From: Balanoglossus misakiensis | Lineage: Eukaryota; Animalia; Hemichordata | Assembly (NCBI GenBank): GCA_040954595.2 | Contig: CM082596.2 | Span: 10,312,461-10,376,460 of the forward strand | Length of the DNA stretch: 64,000 nucleotides | Direction of reading: 5' to 3' | Shown: in pieces, positions 42,776 through 52,103 of the stretch | How positions within the stretch are numbered: position 1 is the stretch's first letter | How the letters are laid out: the number at the start of each line of letters is the position of its first letter | Notes under the pieces: model-generated | Told to the model about the DNA's origin: nothing | The model's database searches: none | The model's input: the letters and a program-made list of their open reading frames with translations, nothing else | Position numbers and translations under genes: made by a program

Positions 42776-42859
42776 CACTGCGGGAAATACTAGAGCTATG
42801 TTGGGCAGTATTCCGCGAAGCGCGAGCTCCCATGTTCACCATAGCAACGCATTGCCAAG

Positions 42860-43510
42860 ATGGCGGCGCCCGTGTTGATCGATGCCGAGAAAGTTATAAA
42901 ACGCAAATTGCGAGAGGCAAAATCTGTGCTTAAACGTAAAAAATGCGTGTCGGACAATCTGTATATACACCCACTCTTTGATGAACTTGAGGATGTGACA
43001 ACAAGGGCCATATTTCGAAACGACAAGCTGTCAAAGGACAAGATTCGTTGGCGTGACGTCGCCGTATTTCCCATGTTTCAGCGTGATATGACCTACTGGC
43101 AGAAGACCTTCTACGCTCGGCTGTCAACATCCCCGTCGTTAAGGTCACCATGGCAAAGCAGCTTTACACAACAAATGCCGAGGGAAGTATTTGATGTTTT
43201 TCATCAGTTTGCTACTCGGACCGGTTTTGGTATCGACGAGAAGACCTCCAGGGCTATCATAACCTTGACCTTCACAAGTTCCTCGAAGCTATTGTATGTG
43301 ATACGGAAAGGTTATTGCTACGAGGGCGCTATCGGTCAGCATACAGAGAATATCCTAGAGAAGAAAGTCCGTGGAAAGAGGGTAGCTGTTATATGCACAC
43401 CTGAGAAGCCCTGTGTTGTGAAATATTTTATCAACAGGGAGACTGTTGCTGTTAGATTCAGCTTTGGTGCCTGGAACAAACATGGAATTCCATTACATCC
43501 AGAGAACTGA
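42860..43510 (+). CDS. 216-aa basic protein of unknown function, transposon accessory ORF, convergent with the transposase
   Basis: The ORF is uninterrupted and has a strong start context (CCAAGATGGCGGCG) 84 bp inside the element end. AATAAA is at 43639. No domain is recognised. Confidence 0.75.
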   Translation: MAAPVLIDAEKVIKRKLREAKSVLKRKKCVSDNLYIHPLFDELEDVTTRAIFRNDKLSKDKIRWRDVAVFPMFQRDMTYWQKTFYARLSTSPSLRSPWQSSFTQQMPREVFDVFHQFATRTGFGIDEKTSRAIITLTFTSSSKLLYVIRKGYCYEGAIGQHTENILEKKVRGKRVAVICTPEKPCVVKYFINRETVAVRFSFGAWNKHGIPLHPEN

Positions 43511-44362
43511 ACCCTATTGATTTTTCACACTGATTCAACCCATCTGACGAACATTTTTTTCCTGATCTGTGGCACATGTTGTTCAGTGTAGATGTATCAG
43601 TCTGTCAAGACAGTCCTCTCACAATTGACATATATTCAAATAAAAAAAGGAAAATTAGAAGACTCAAAAATTCATCACTTGTCTTTATTTATCTACATTC
43701 AATACAAATGAACAGATAACGTTTACAAAATTTCCTAAACTGTAAAATTCTTTTTTTCCATCATTATTGTAACATAGATTTTTCATTAGTTTCAGAAAAA
43801 AATGTATGTTACCTACAATCAACATTGATAAGTCAATCAAAACTGCTCATCTAACAGTTAACCAGGATTTCTGGTCTAAATTTAATTAATATTTACATTT
43901 AATTCCATGACAAAATTTATAAATATCAAGAATTTGATGAGACTTAATTCTTTATTTTTTCACAAATTCATTAAAATTTCGTGCAGGTGCAGAATAAACA
44001 ACTCCTCAAGAAAAATGTAAAACTTTTCTATCAAGCTTATGTATGTCATACATTTTAATTTTGCAAAGCACTGCAATCACTATACGATTAAGGGTTTATT
44101 CACAATACTTAATAGTGGTAAGATAAGTTTCAATTTCCCTGTCCCCATACATGCACACATATACAAAATCCCATAAGAAACATATCATCTCCAGTTCAAA
44201 AAGTGTGAATTCATGTGATTTGTGATCTCCATTTTTATTAAATGCAGCTCTCAACTACAGATGAGTCTTTATAATTCTGTAATGTAATTAATACCATAGT
44301 TATCCTTTAATTCTAAAGTAGCACACAGTGACACAATCCACTGTTTCAAATTCAATCATTGT

Positions 44363-46603
44363 TCACAGCATAAGTTTCTTGAGTTTATTTGATATTTTAC
44401 CAGTGACAGCTGCTTTTTTTATGTCATCCATAATTGGGTCAACACATATTTCACAGGCAGTCATTGTTTCATTTTTCAAATTGCCACACATACAGTAGCC
44501 TGCATTCTCATAATATCGACTGGGAATGTATTTTTCTTTTTCTTTAAGCTCAAATTGACCTACATTTGCCCTTCTATAGTTGTCAGCTTTTGGACTTTTG
44601 TTCCTCAGCCAAAAAAGCATCACATATTCGTGTCGAAATATGAGGGCCCACCTATTTTGAGGTGTAGAATTTTCACTGAATTCTAGCAGGCGTAGATGCT
44701 TTGCCTCTCTGCCTTCCATTGTGTTTAGGCCTAATCCCAGACTGAATTGCTTATAGATACTAGTGGTGTGTTTTGGGACTACATAACCAATGTGCCACAC
44801 AGTATTATTGACATTCAGAAACAGGGAATGTAGATTAAAGTACCACCGACACTTATGCCTAAGTACAAGCAAATCTCCCTCATTTATGTTGAATCGTGAG
44901 AATAACAAAGTGATATCTCTAAGCAAGATACCAGTATATGTGTAGAGAGCTAATTGAGCCCGACGCTTTGGACTGTCTGTATCGCTTCTCAATGCTAATA
45001 CCAATCCCATGAAATGCCAAGCAAGTTTGCGAGACTCCTCACCAGTGAAGCGATAAACCACATTAATGTTGGCATTTGACTTGACACTATTTTCATTGAA
45101 GTATTTTACAATCTTATTATACAACTTTCCAGCTTTTACTTGATATTTTAGGGCAGACAGGAATTTGTACAGATATGACTCGTTAGGTAGATTCTCAATT
45201 TTAACTCCATTTTCACGACCCTTTTCCGAAGTGTGGGCAACTGCGTCAATCAGTAATCGTTGGAAGTAGTATTGCCATGCATTGTTCTTTAAATGCAATG
45301 GCTCAGCCTTGGCACAATCAATAAATCTACCCAACGGTGGTACAAATTCCTGTCTTGACCTCAGACTGGCTATAAATTGTGTGATTTTGGGTCGCACTGT
45401 TTTGGGCTTTCCAGTTTTAATTTTCTTAGTTGACTTCAACTTTTCAACAGCTTCTGCATCTTTAATTCTTTTCTGATATTTCCATTCATCCCACTTCTGA
45501 CCTGGGCCAATTTCTGCTCCAATACAATCAATATCATTTTTGGAAACGTTAGCAAATGAGCTGAAATACTTTGCTGCATTGCTTAGTTCTCCAGACACAC
45601 TGGCCAATCCCTTCTGATCAAAGGGTAAAAGTGACACCTGAAAAGTTACATCAAGACTGCCAACTTTATATTTACGTTTCTCAATACACTCAAGGTCTTT
45701 TGACAATGCAATTGCAAATTCAATCATTATGGGGTCATCCTCTTTTATGTTTGCCCCTAATAGGAGAAAATTGTGGTCTGGGCTAGCAACACGGTGGGTC
45801 ACATTCAAGAAACTAACTAGCCATGCAGTGGCCTGTCCATGTTTGCCAAACGGAGCCCCGTCAGCACCTATACTGATTTGAAATGAGCCCTCCTGTTTAC
45901 CGAACCAGTTAAGAATATCAGGCTGTGTTTCCCCCATATTTAAATATAAACTGGCAATCTTAATAAGCAACTCCTCAGGGTTTCTTTTTAAGCCGACTTG
46001 TTTGCCTTCAGATGATATAATTGGCTCAAGATTTCCAATGTCAAGGTTACTTACATACTGTACAACTTTTGTGTATGGGAGCAGTCTTGGTATTCTACAG
46101 CCAGAATGAATTTCTAATGCTTTCCTAGGATGTTTCAAGTTGGAGAACATCTGAAGTTCACTCTGCCTCAGACAGTTATATTTTCGTTTGGATAGTACTC
46201 CGCCCTCATACATAGTTCTGACACTCCTCACCAAATTGTTCTCACTTTTCTCAAATTTACTGATGTATTTATCAAATACTGATGGCATTACTTTTTTACT
46301 GATTTGGGGAGAGGTTCTGAAGTTTGTTTTCATTTGGTCAGGAGTGGCAGAATTAACAAGAGTATACCACAAACCATCAAGTGCTGCTTTTGGTGGATGT
46401 AGTACATTCGGTTTATTTATACCTTTGGCTGGGCTTACATCTGTAGTTGCTACATGAATATTTATGGCTGCTGATAAGGTTTCACACCTACGTTCATACT
46501 GTTGACGTCGCGACAGCTTCAAAGATTCACTATTATCTGCACATACTTCAGTGTTCTTGTGGACCCATTTAGAGCGTTTCACATTAACATCATCAACAGG
46601 AAT
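44363..46603 (-). CDS. DDE transposase, main coding exon (RAG1/Transib/Chapaev/EnSpm-like core)
   Basis: The ORF is open for 746 codons from a phase-0 acceptor (CTTTCAG|ATT). Candidate catalytic motifs are IGADGAPFGK, PFDQK, EPLHLKNN and GLNTMEGREAKH. A C-terminal CMC...CEIC motif is present. Confidence 0.85.
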   Translation of the reverse strand: MPVDDVNVKRSKWVHKNTEVCADNSESLKLSRRQQYERRCETLSAAINIHVATTDVSPAKGINKPNVLHPPKAALDGLWYTLVNSATPDQMKTNFRTSPQISKKVMPSVFDKYISKFEKSENNLVRSVRTMYEGGVLSKRKYNCLRQSELQMFSNLKHPRKALEIHSGCRIPRLLPYTKVVQYVSNLDIGNLEPIISSEGKQVGLKRNPEELLIKIASLYLNMGETQPDILNWFGKQEGSFQISIGADGAPFGKHGQATAWLVSFLNVTHRVASPDHNFLLLGANIKEDDPIMIEFAIALSKDLECIEKRKYKVGSLDVTFQVSLLPFDQKGLASVSGELSNAAKYFSSFANVSKNDIDCIGAEIGPGQKWDEWKYQKRIKDAEAVEKLKSTKKIKTGKPKTVRPKITQFIASLRSRQEFVPPLGRFIDCAKAEPLHLKNNAWQYYFQRLLIDAVAHTSEKGRENGVKIENLPNESYLYKFLSALKYQVKAGKLYNKIVKYFNENSVKSNANINVVYRFTGEESRKLAWHFMGLVLALRSDTDSPKRRAQLALYTYTGILLRDITLLFSRFNINEGDLLVLRHKCRWYFNLHSLFLNVNNTVWHIGYVVPKHTTSIYKQFSLGLGLNTMEGREAKHLRLLEFSENSTPQNRWALIFRHEYVMLFWLRNKSPKADNYRRANVGQFELKEKEKYIPSRYYENAGYCMCGNLKNETMTACEICVDPIMDDIKKAAVTGKISNKLKKLML

Positions 46604-46956
46604 CTGAAAGATTAAGTGTGTGATAAATATATACTAATTAGAATATAATCATAATATATAAAATAAAATCTTCTTACAAGTTAATCATTAATTTAAATGT
46701 CCTTGATAAGAAATACACACGTGTAGCCTGTATTTTTCTGACAACTTCTGCAATAAAAATCCTAAAAAATATATATAGTTTGTTGGAAAACCTAGATGTT
46801 TTGCATCAAAGCTGAACCCATTTTGTTCTCATTGTTTACACAGGATCATGTGACATGAAGTTCAAAAAGCGAATTTGGGCTAAAATTTGAAGAGGATTTA
46901 TACAAATCTGAGATTTTTAAAATTATGACTAAGTCTATTTATCTGATCTAGCTTAC

Positions 46957-47400
46957 CTTTCTCTTATTATTCTTTGTAGCTAAGATCTCACAAATCTTAC
47001 TGTTCTTCTTCTCTAGTCTAGCTAGCTGGGTTGAGGATCTTTTTACTAGTCTCATAGCTGCACTCAACTTATTCAACTTATCCTGAATTATGCTTTCTTC
47101 CTCATCTCTCTTTCTCTTTCTCTGTCTACACCACTCTCCTAAGTTAAACCTGTGTTTAGTCTGTCCTCTCTTTGTTCTAACTACCAATAGGTTGTTGGCC
47201 ACGCTCCCAGACAAAGATCTAGTCTTCAATTTCTCCTGATATAGTTGTTGCAAACACTTCTCTTCAGCTACCTGTCTCGCTATCTTTTGGTCCTTTGTCC
47301 ACTGGCCTATGTTGAAGTAACTTTTCCCTTTTCTATTCGGCATAACAATAGACAAACTTTTAAGAAGTGCGCTACTCCTGTTGAATAGTTTGCCCCACAT
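46957..47400 (-). CDS. Transposase N-terminal coding exon (predicted), basic and coiled-coil-like
   Basis: The start is GCCATGTGG at 47400. The phase-0 donor AAG|GTAAGC at 46957/46956 matches the phase-0 acceptor at 46604 (353-bp intron), giving a joined product of ~894 aa. An upstream acceptor at 47417 and donor at 47552 suggest a 5' UTR exon. Confidence 0.7.
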
Positions 47401-48252
47401 GGCTCTAAATCTATACCTGAAAAGGGTGATCAAGAGAAATATCTTTACAATAATTATCTATCCGAGGGAAGCAAAAACAAAACACCTGCTCATTATACTT
47501 CCTCCAGAAATTGAGGTCAAAGGTGACATAGAAAGAATGTGGGTAACCTTACCATAACAATCTCGCCCGTTCATTTTTTTCTTATTTCGTTTTCACCCTC
47601 GAATTTCCAGCGAATTATATCAAGAATATATTTTAGCACAAACTATTGGTTTCTGATTTTTCAGTTACGGTCTTATTTTCTGTCAATTCTATGAACAATA
47701 TCACCATGTCGCTGAAAATTCGAAGCGCCGCCATTACAATCAATGTAACCCGTGCTGCTGCCAAGGAACACACAGGGTCGTATATTTTCGCTTGGTATGA
47801 TTTCGTCATATTGCTTGTAGCAGCATTTTAAACATGGAATCCTATGTTTACGTATAAAAGACTAAATTCGTATGGTTTTCAAATTGAAAAAAACAATTCT
47901 GTGAAGCTGAATCGTTGTAATTTTTAGTGTTTGTTTATGGTTGCTTAGGACGGCTTCTGCTATAGCAACGGCCAGGGACTGTCAGCGGGTGATCAAAATG
48001 TTCAAGTTATTTGGCTGATACACATAAATAACACAGCAGAATCGCAACTTTATTTCATATTGTCTCTGACATCTTGCTAATTTTACTAAACAAAACTTGG
48101 AATAAAGCAATATTACTCACCGAATTATGCTGTGCATCGACAGCTGTGTTCGATCGCGAACGCCATTACTGTGTCTAATTAAATATTCATGAGCTTCATA
48201 GGCTGCCACGGAAATACTGCCCATAGGTGGCGTCGTTCAAGCTGTAGTGACA

Positions 48253-50200
48253 GGTGGTGGTTCCCAGAGTGTATCGTAACCAGGTGATGAGACTAGCCCA
48301 TGAATCAGTGCTGGGTGGTCACCACGGAACTCACAAGACCACAGACAAGATCCTCAGCAACTTCGTTTGGCCTGGGCTAACATCAGATGTTTCCCGTTAC
48401 TGTCAGTCCTGTGATTCATGTCAACGGACACAACCAAAGGGACGGGTGACCAAGGTACCACTTGGAAGTATGCCACTAATAGATATCCCTTTCCTACGTA
48501 TTGCAGTAGACCTGGTTGGCCCTATTCATCCATGCACTGAACGCAAGAATAGGTACATACTTACTGTTGTTGATTATGCAACACGCTATCCGGAGGCTGT
48601 TGCATTGACTAACATTGATACCAAGACTGTTGCAGAGGCGCTCCTGGACATCTACTCAAGAGTGGGGTGTCCACGTGAAATTCTGACAGATCAAGGAACT
48701 CAATTTACATCAGATGTGATGCGTGAGGTCAGCCGGCTTTTGTCTATAAAGCAGAAGACTACCACCCCATACCACCCAGCATTCAATGGTCTAGTGGAAC
48801 GGTTCAATGGTACATTGAAACTCATGCTCAGGAAGATGTGTGAGGAACGTCCAACATATTGGGATCGTTATCTGAATGCTTTACTATTTGCCTACAGAGA
48901 AACGCCTCAATCGAGCACAGGATTCTCTCCGTTTGAGTTACTTTATGGGAGGAGTGTGCGTGGTCCAATGGCTATCTTGAAAGAACTATGGACTGGAGAG
49001 ATCAGTGAACCAGAAACCAAAACGACTTATCAATACATCCTTGATCTTCAAAAGAAATTAAAGAAGGCATGCGATTTAGCAAGACAAGAACTGAAGATAT
49101 CACAAGGCAAATACAAGTCCTACTACAATAGAAAGGCCAAATGGAGGAAGTTCAACAAAGGTGACGAGGTGTTATTGCTACTACCTACTGACCATAATAA
49201 ACTACTTATGCACTGGAAGGGTCCTTTTCCAGTGGTGGAGAAAGCGAGCAATATGGATTACAAGATTGACTTTGGTCATAGGGTGAAAACATTCCATGCC
49301 AACCTGTTGAAGAGGTACTATCGAAGAACTGATCAGCTAGATGAAGTATCAGCTGGACTTCTTGAGATTGTGTGTGTATCTGTGATAGATGAGCAGAGTT
49401 ATGAATCTTCAGAAGTACAAGAGAACACAGGGGTTAAAGTAAACGATGACTTACTGCGGGTTCCTGCATTCAAGCAGAAAGAATTTGCTGCAGATGTGAA
49501 TGTATGTGACAACTTGTCAGACATACAGGAGCAAGTGGTGAGGAGGTTGCTGATCAATTACAAAGATATGTTAACTGATATTCGTGGTAACACCAACCTG
49601 GGTTTCCATGACATCAAGTTGATGGATCCAACACCAGTATGCAGTAGGCCATACCCCATCCCTCATGCACTCCGTGAAGCAGTGAAAGTCAAAACGATGA
49701 TTAAGATGGGAGTAGCTGAACCTTCAGGGAGTCCATATGCTGTTCCACTGGTAATGGTGAAGAAATCTGATGGGTCCAATCGTTGTTGTGTTGACATGAG
49801 AAAGCTCAATCGCATAACAGTGTTTGATGCAGAGCCTACACCAGACCTGAGTGATCTCAGCAAAGAATATTGGCAAGTCCCGTTGACTGATAATTCTAAA
49901 CAATTGACGGCATTTATCACGCATGATGGGCTATACCAATTTATCAAAATGCCTTTCGGACTTGTAAATAGTGCTGCGACTTTTAGCAGAATTATGAGAA
50001 GATTGTTAAGAGATATGAAGAACGTAGACAACTATATCGATCACATACTGATCCACACTGCATCATGGGAAGAACATATCAAGACAATTACAGATTTGAT
50101 GAGCAGACTACGAAAGGCAAAGTTAACAGCGAGACCAACTAAGTGTTATGTGGGTTATGAGCAGATCGATTTCCTGGGTCATGTGGTTGGTCATGGTGAA
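48253..50200 (+). pseudogene. pol: Pol remainder: integrase (HHCC, DDE core, GPY/F) followed by a defective reverse transcriptase
   Basis: Integrase motifs are AHESVLGGHHG...CDSCQ, IAVDLVGP, ILTDQGTQF, GLVERFNGTLK and WKGPF. RT motifs are KKSDGSNRCCVDMRKLN and MPFGLVNSAATF. YIDD is mutated to YIDH, there is an apparent deletion before DLSKEYWQ, and homology ends after FLGHVVG. Confidence 0.92.
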
Positions 50201-50229
50201 CTAGTCCTGTTTCAAAATGACCTACATTA

Positions 50230-50580
50230 CAGGTCCTATGCACACGTATTACATGTTCTGATTGGTTTATCCACTTCTCTAAGGTCCACTTGCGGCTCGC
50301 TGATTGGAGGGACCTTATGTGTTAGGTCTTATTACTATGTATTATTCACCAGACCTTGTAGGTTAGGTCTTATTACAATGCATTATTCACTTTACAGCTC
50401 CCTGATTGGTTAATGTGTAGGTCTGGTCCTCCAGTGTTCACTGCCTCATTATGCAGGACCTTGTAGGTTAGGTCTTATTAATATGTATTTATTCACCATA
50501 CAGCTCCCTGATTGGTTAACGTGTCAGTCTGGTCCCCCCCCCCCAGTGTTCACTGCCTCATTGTGAAATGTCCCATGTGC
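50230..50580. repeat. Short degenerate tandem repeats replacing the 3' part of pol
   Basis: GACCTTGTAGGTTAGGTCTTATTA and CAGCTCCCTGATTGGTTAA each recur two to three times. Confidence 0.6.
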
Positions 50581-51553
50581 TTCCTGGCTAGCGTTGTGGT
50601 AACATATTATTCGGGGTGTCCGCAGATCGTTCATTGATTTTCTGAGAAATAGCCTAACTGATACTATCTCCAACATAAACCGCACCCTGGAAAGATTAAA
50701 TGATCTTTTAGGTGGACTTTGAAAATCTGATTAACTCATCTAAGCATTTTAGCTAAGTTGTATATTTTTTAATTATAATCATACAAAATACTTAAAAAAT
50801 AAAAACAATGTTCAGTTTTAATACCCACTGATGAGGGGAAACATCAGTTTCAAATTCTTTTCATGGGAGCGCTTGAGCAGAGTTATGAGTTTTGCTCTGT
50901 GAAAGAAAATGGGGGGATTTCAAAATTTTGGCAGTTCGGAAGGGGGATTTCAAAATATTTCGGGTTGTGAAAGGGGGGGGGGGGCATGTGAAAATTAGCG
51001 GTAAAAGATGAATCCCCCCCCCCCCTCCAGAGGTGTTTGTGAATGCAGCCTAAGAAAGAAAAAATGTGAAATGGGTCAAATATGGGCCGGACGTGCCCAT
51101 TCAACTCAATTTACTTTTGTTTGCTTTAAGTAGGAATTGATCACAGCTATATTTATTTTGGACACCTGAGCGACAAGAAAACAATCTGATTCTACATTTT
51201 AAAAAGCGTCATTGGAAAAGCACTGCAATTTTGTTTCTTGCTTTAAAAAAGTTTGGGGTGGCATGTAATAATTAAGGTGTGTCTAAATTACTAATTTGGT
51301 GCACCTCAAAGCCCTTAGCCAATGTAAATTATATCCTGCATTGTATTCATGAAGGATATCCTCCCGCGAGGTCAATGCCATTCAATGTCAAACAGTCTCA
51401 ACAAAGACCATTGGACACTCATAGCCGTTTTGTATGAAAGTGACTGGAGTACGAGATGAGTTTCATGACAACAACAAATCATGCTCAGTCTCGCTGCAGG
51501 GTCTATAATTTCAATAACGGCTAGACGCTGGACACTATCTTAGGTAACACTTT

Positions 51554-51609
51554 AGGGTCATAGTGCTGGAACGACATGTTTAAACAGGTCGTTCCGGCAC
51601 TCTGACCCT
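51554..51609. repeat. 56-bp near-perfect palindrome
   Basis: AGGGTCATAGTGCTGGAACGACATGTTT|AAACAGGTCGTTCCGGCACTCTGACCCT, with three mismatched pairs. Confidence 0.8.
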
Positions 51610-52103
51610 TTCGGCCCCAGTCGTTTCAGCCCCCATTTTCCACGACCCAAGTCGTTACAGCCCGGACAGTAACACCCCAAACATTTCAACACTTATCAGG
51701 GAAGACCTTAGCCCAACTATTAAAACTTGGCTTGAACCTACTTAAGTTCTCCGCATGAAATATGAGCGAGCGTTGTCAGAGGACGACAGCTACGCACACT
51801 TTGGGCGTGACCGAATCAAACAGAATTGAATATTCTATATTCGGAAAAAACACCTTATCTCCGTTTTGCCGTTGACAAACCGATTTCTGTCATGACAGTT
51901 ACTCCCGGGGACTGTGACAGACCATATACAGACAGTAGAGGCCGCGCGCTGGGGGTCTACACAAGTCACTACAGCTGATGTAAGCAAGTACAACATGCTT
52001 TGCTTGCAGGAATGTTCCATTTTCAATAGAGGGGTGTGTATATTCAGAGGGAATGTCAGTCGAGGCCCTGGCTGGCAACATGCGGCGTATATATTGACAA
52101 TCT

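Larger units (their letters stand above)
42776..48249 (-). mobile_element. Two-gene DNA transposon of the CMC (CACTA/Chapaev)/Transib-RAG1-like group, 5474 bp, apparently intact
   Basis: The ends are CACTGCGG... and ...CTGTAGTG (reverse complement CACTACAG). The TSD ACA is at 42773-42775 and 48250-48252. A subterminal inverted motif TGGGCAGTATT(T)CCG is present at both ends. Excision restores the pol frame FGEKLLQVVVP. Confidence 0.9.
39368..50200 (+). mobile_element. Gmr1-like Ty3/gypsy LTR retrotransposon, decayed, 3'-truncated and interrupted by a DNA transposon
   Basis: It has a 5' LTR, PBS, gag, protease, then integrase before RT (Gmr1 order). No RNase H or 3' LTR is seen. Confidence 0.9.

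Noticed and set aside
42860-43510. RAG2-like gene, making the element a true ProtoRAG
   Set aside because: The ORF is too short for a six-bladed kelch domain and shows no kelch GG or PHD motifs. The TSD is 3 bp rather than 5 bp.
47553-47734. Coding first exon of the transposase from ATGGCGGCG
   Set aside because: That frame stops after 33 codons, and the frame that matches the next acceptor's phase has a stop and no ATG. It is treated as UTR/uORF.
42765-48245. AAGCTGT as a 7-bp TSD defining the insert in pol
   Set aside because: That excision leaves two stops (tag tga) in pol and no terminal repeats. The ACA/CACT boundaries restore an open frame.
50200-50413. C-terminal extension of the 719-aa pol ORF as a novel domain
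   Set aside because: It is read-through into unrelated tandem repeats after the RT truncation.
50900-51055. G/C-run segment ending GTTTGTGAATGCAGCCTAA as a complete MITE
   Set aside because: Only one end is recognisable, with no matching TIR or TSD.
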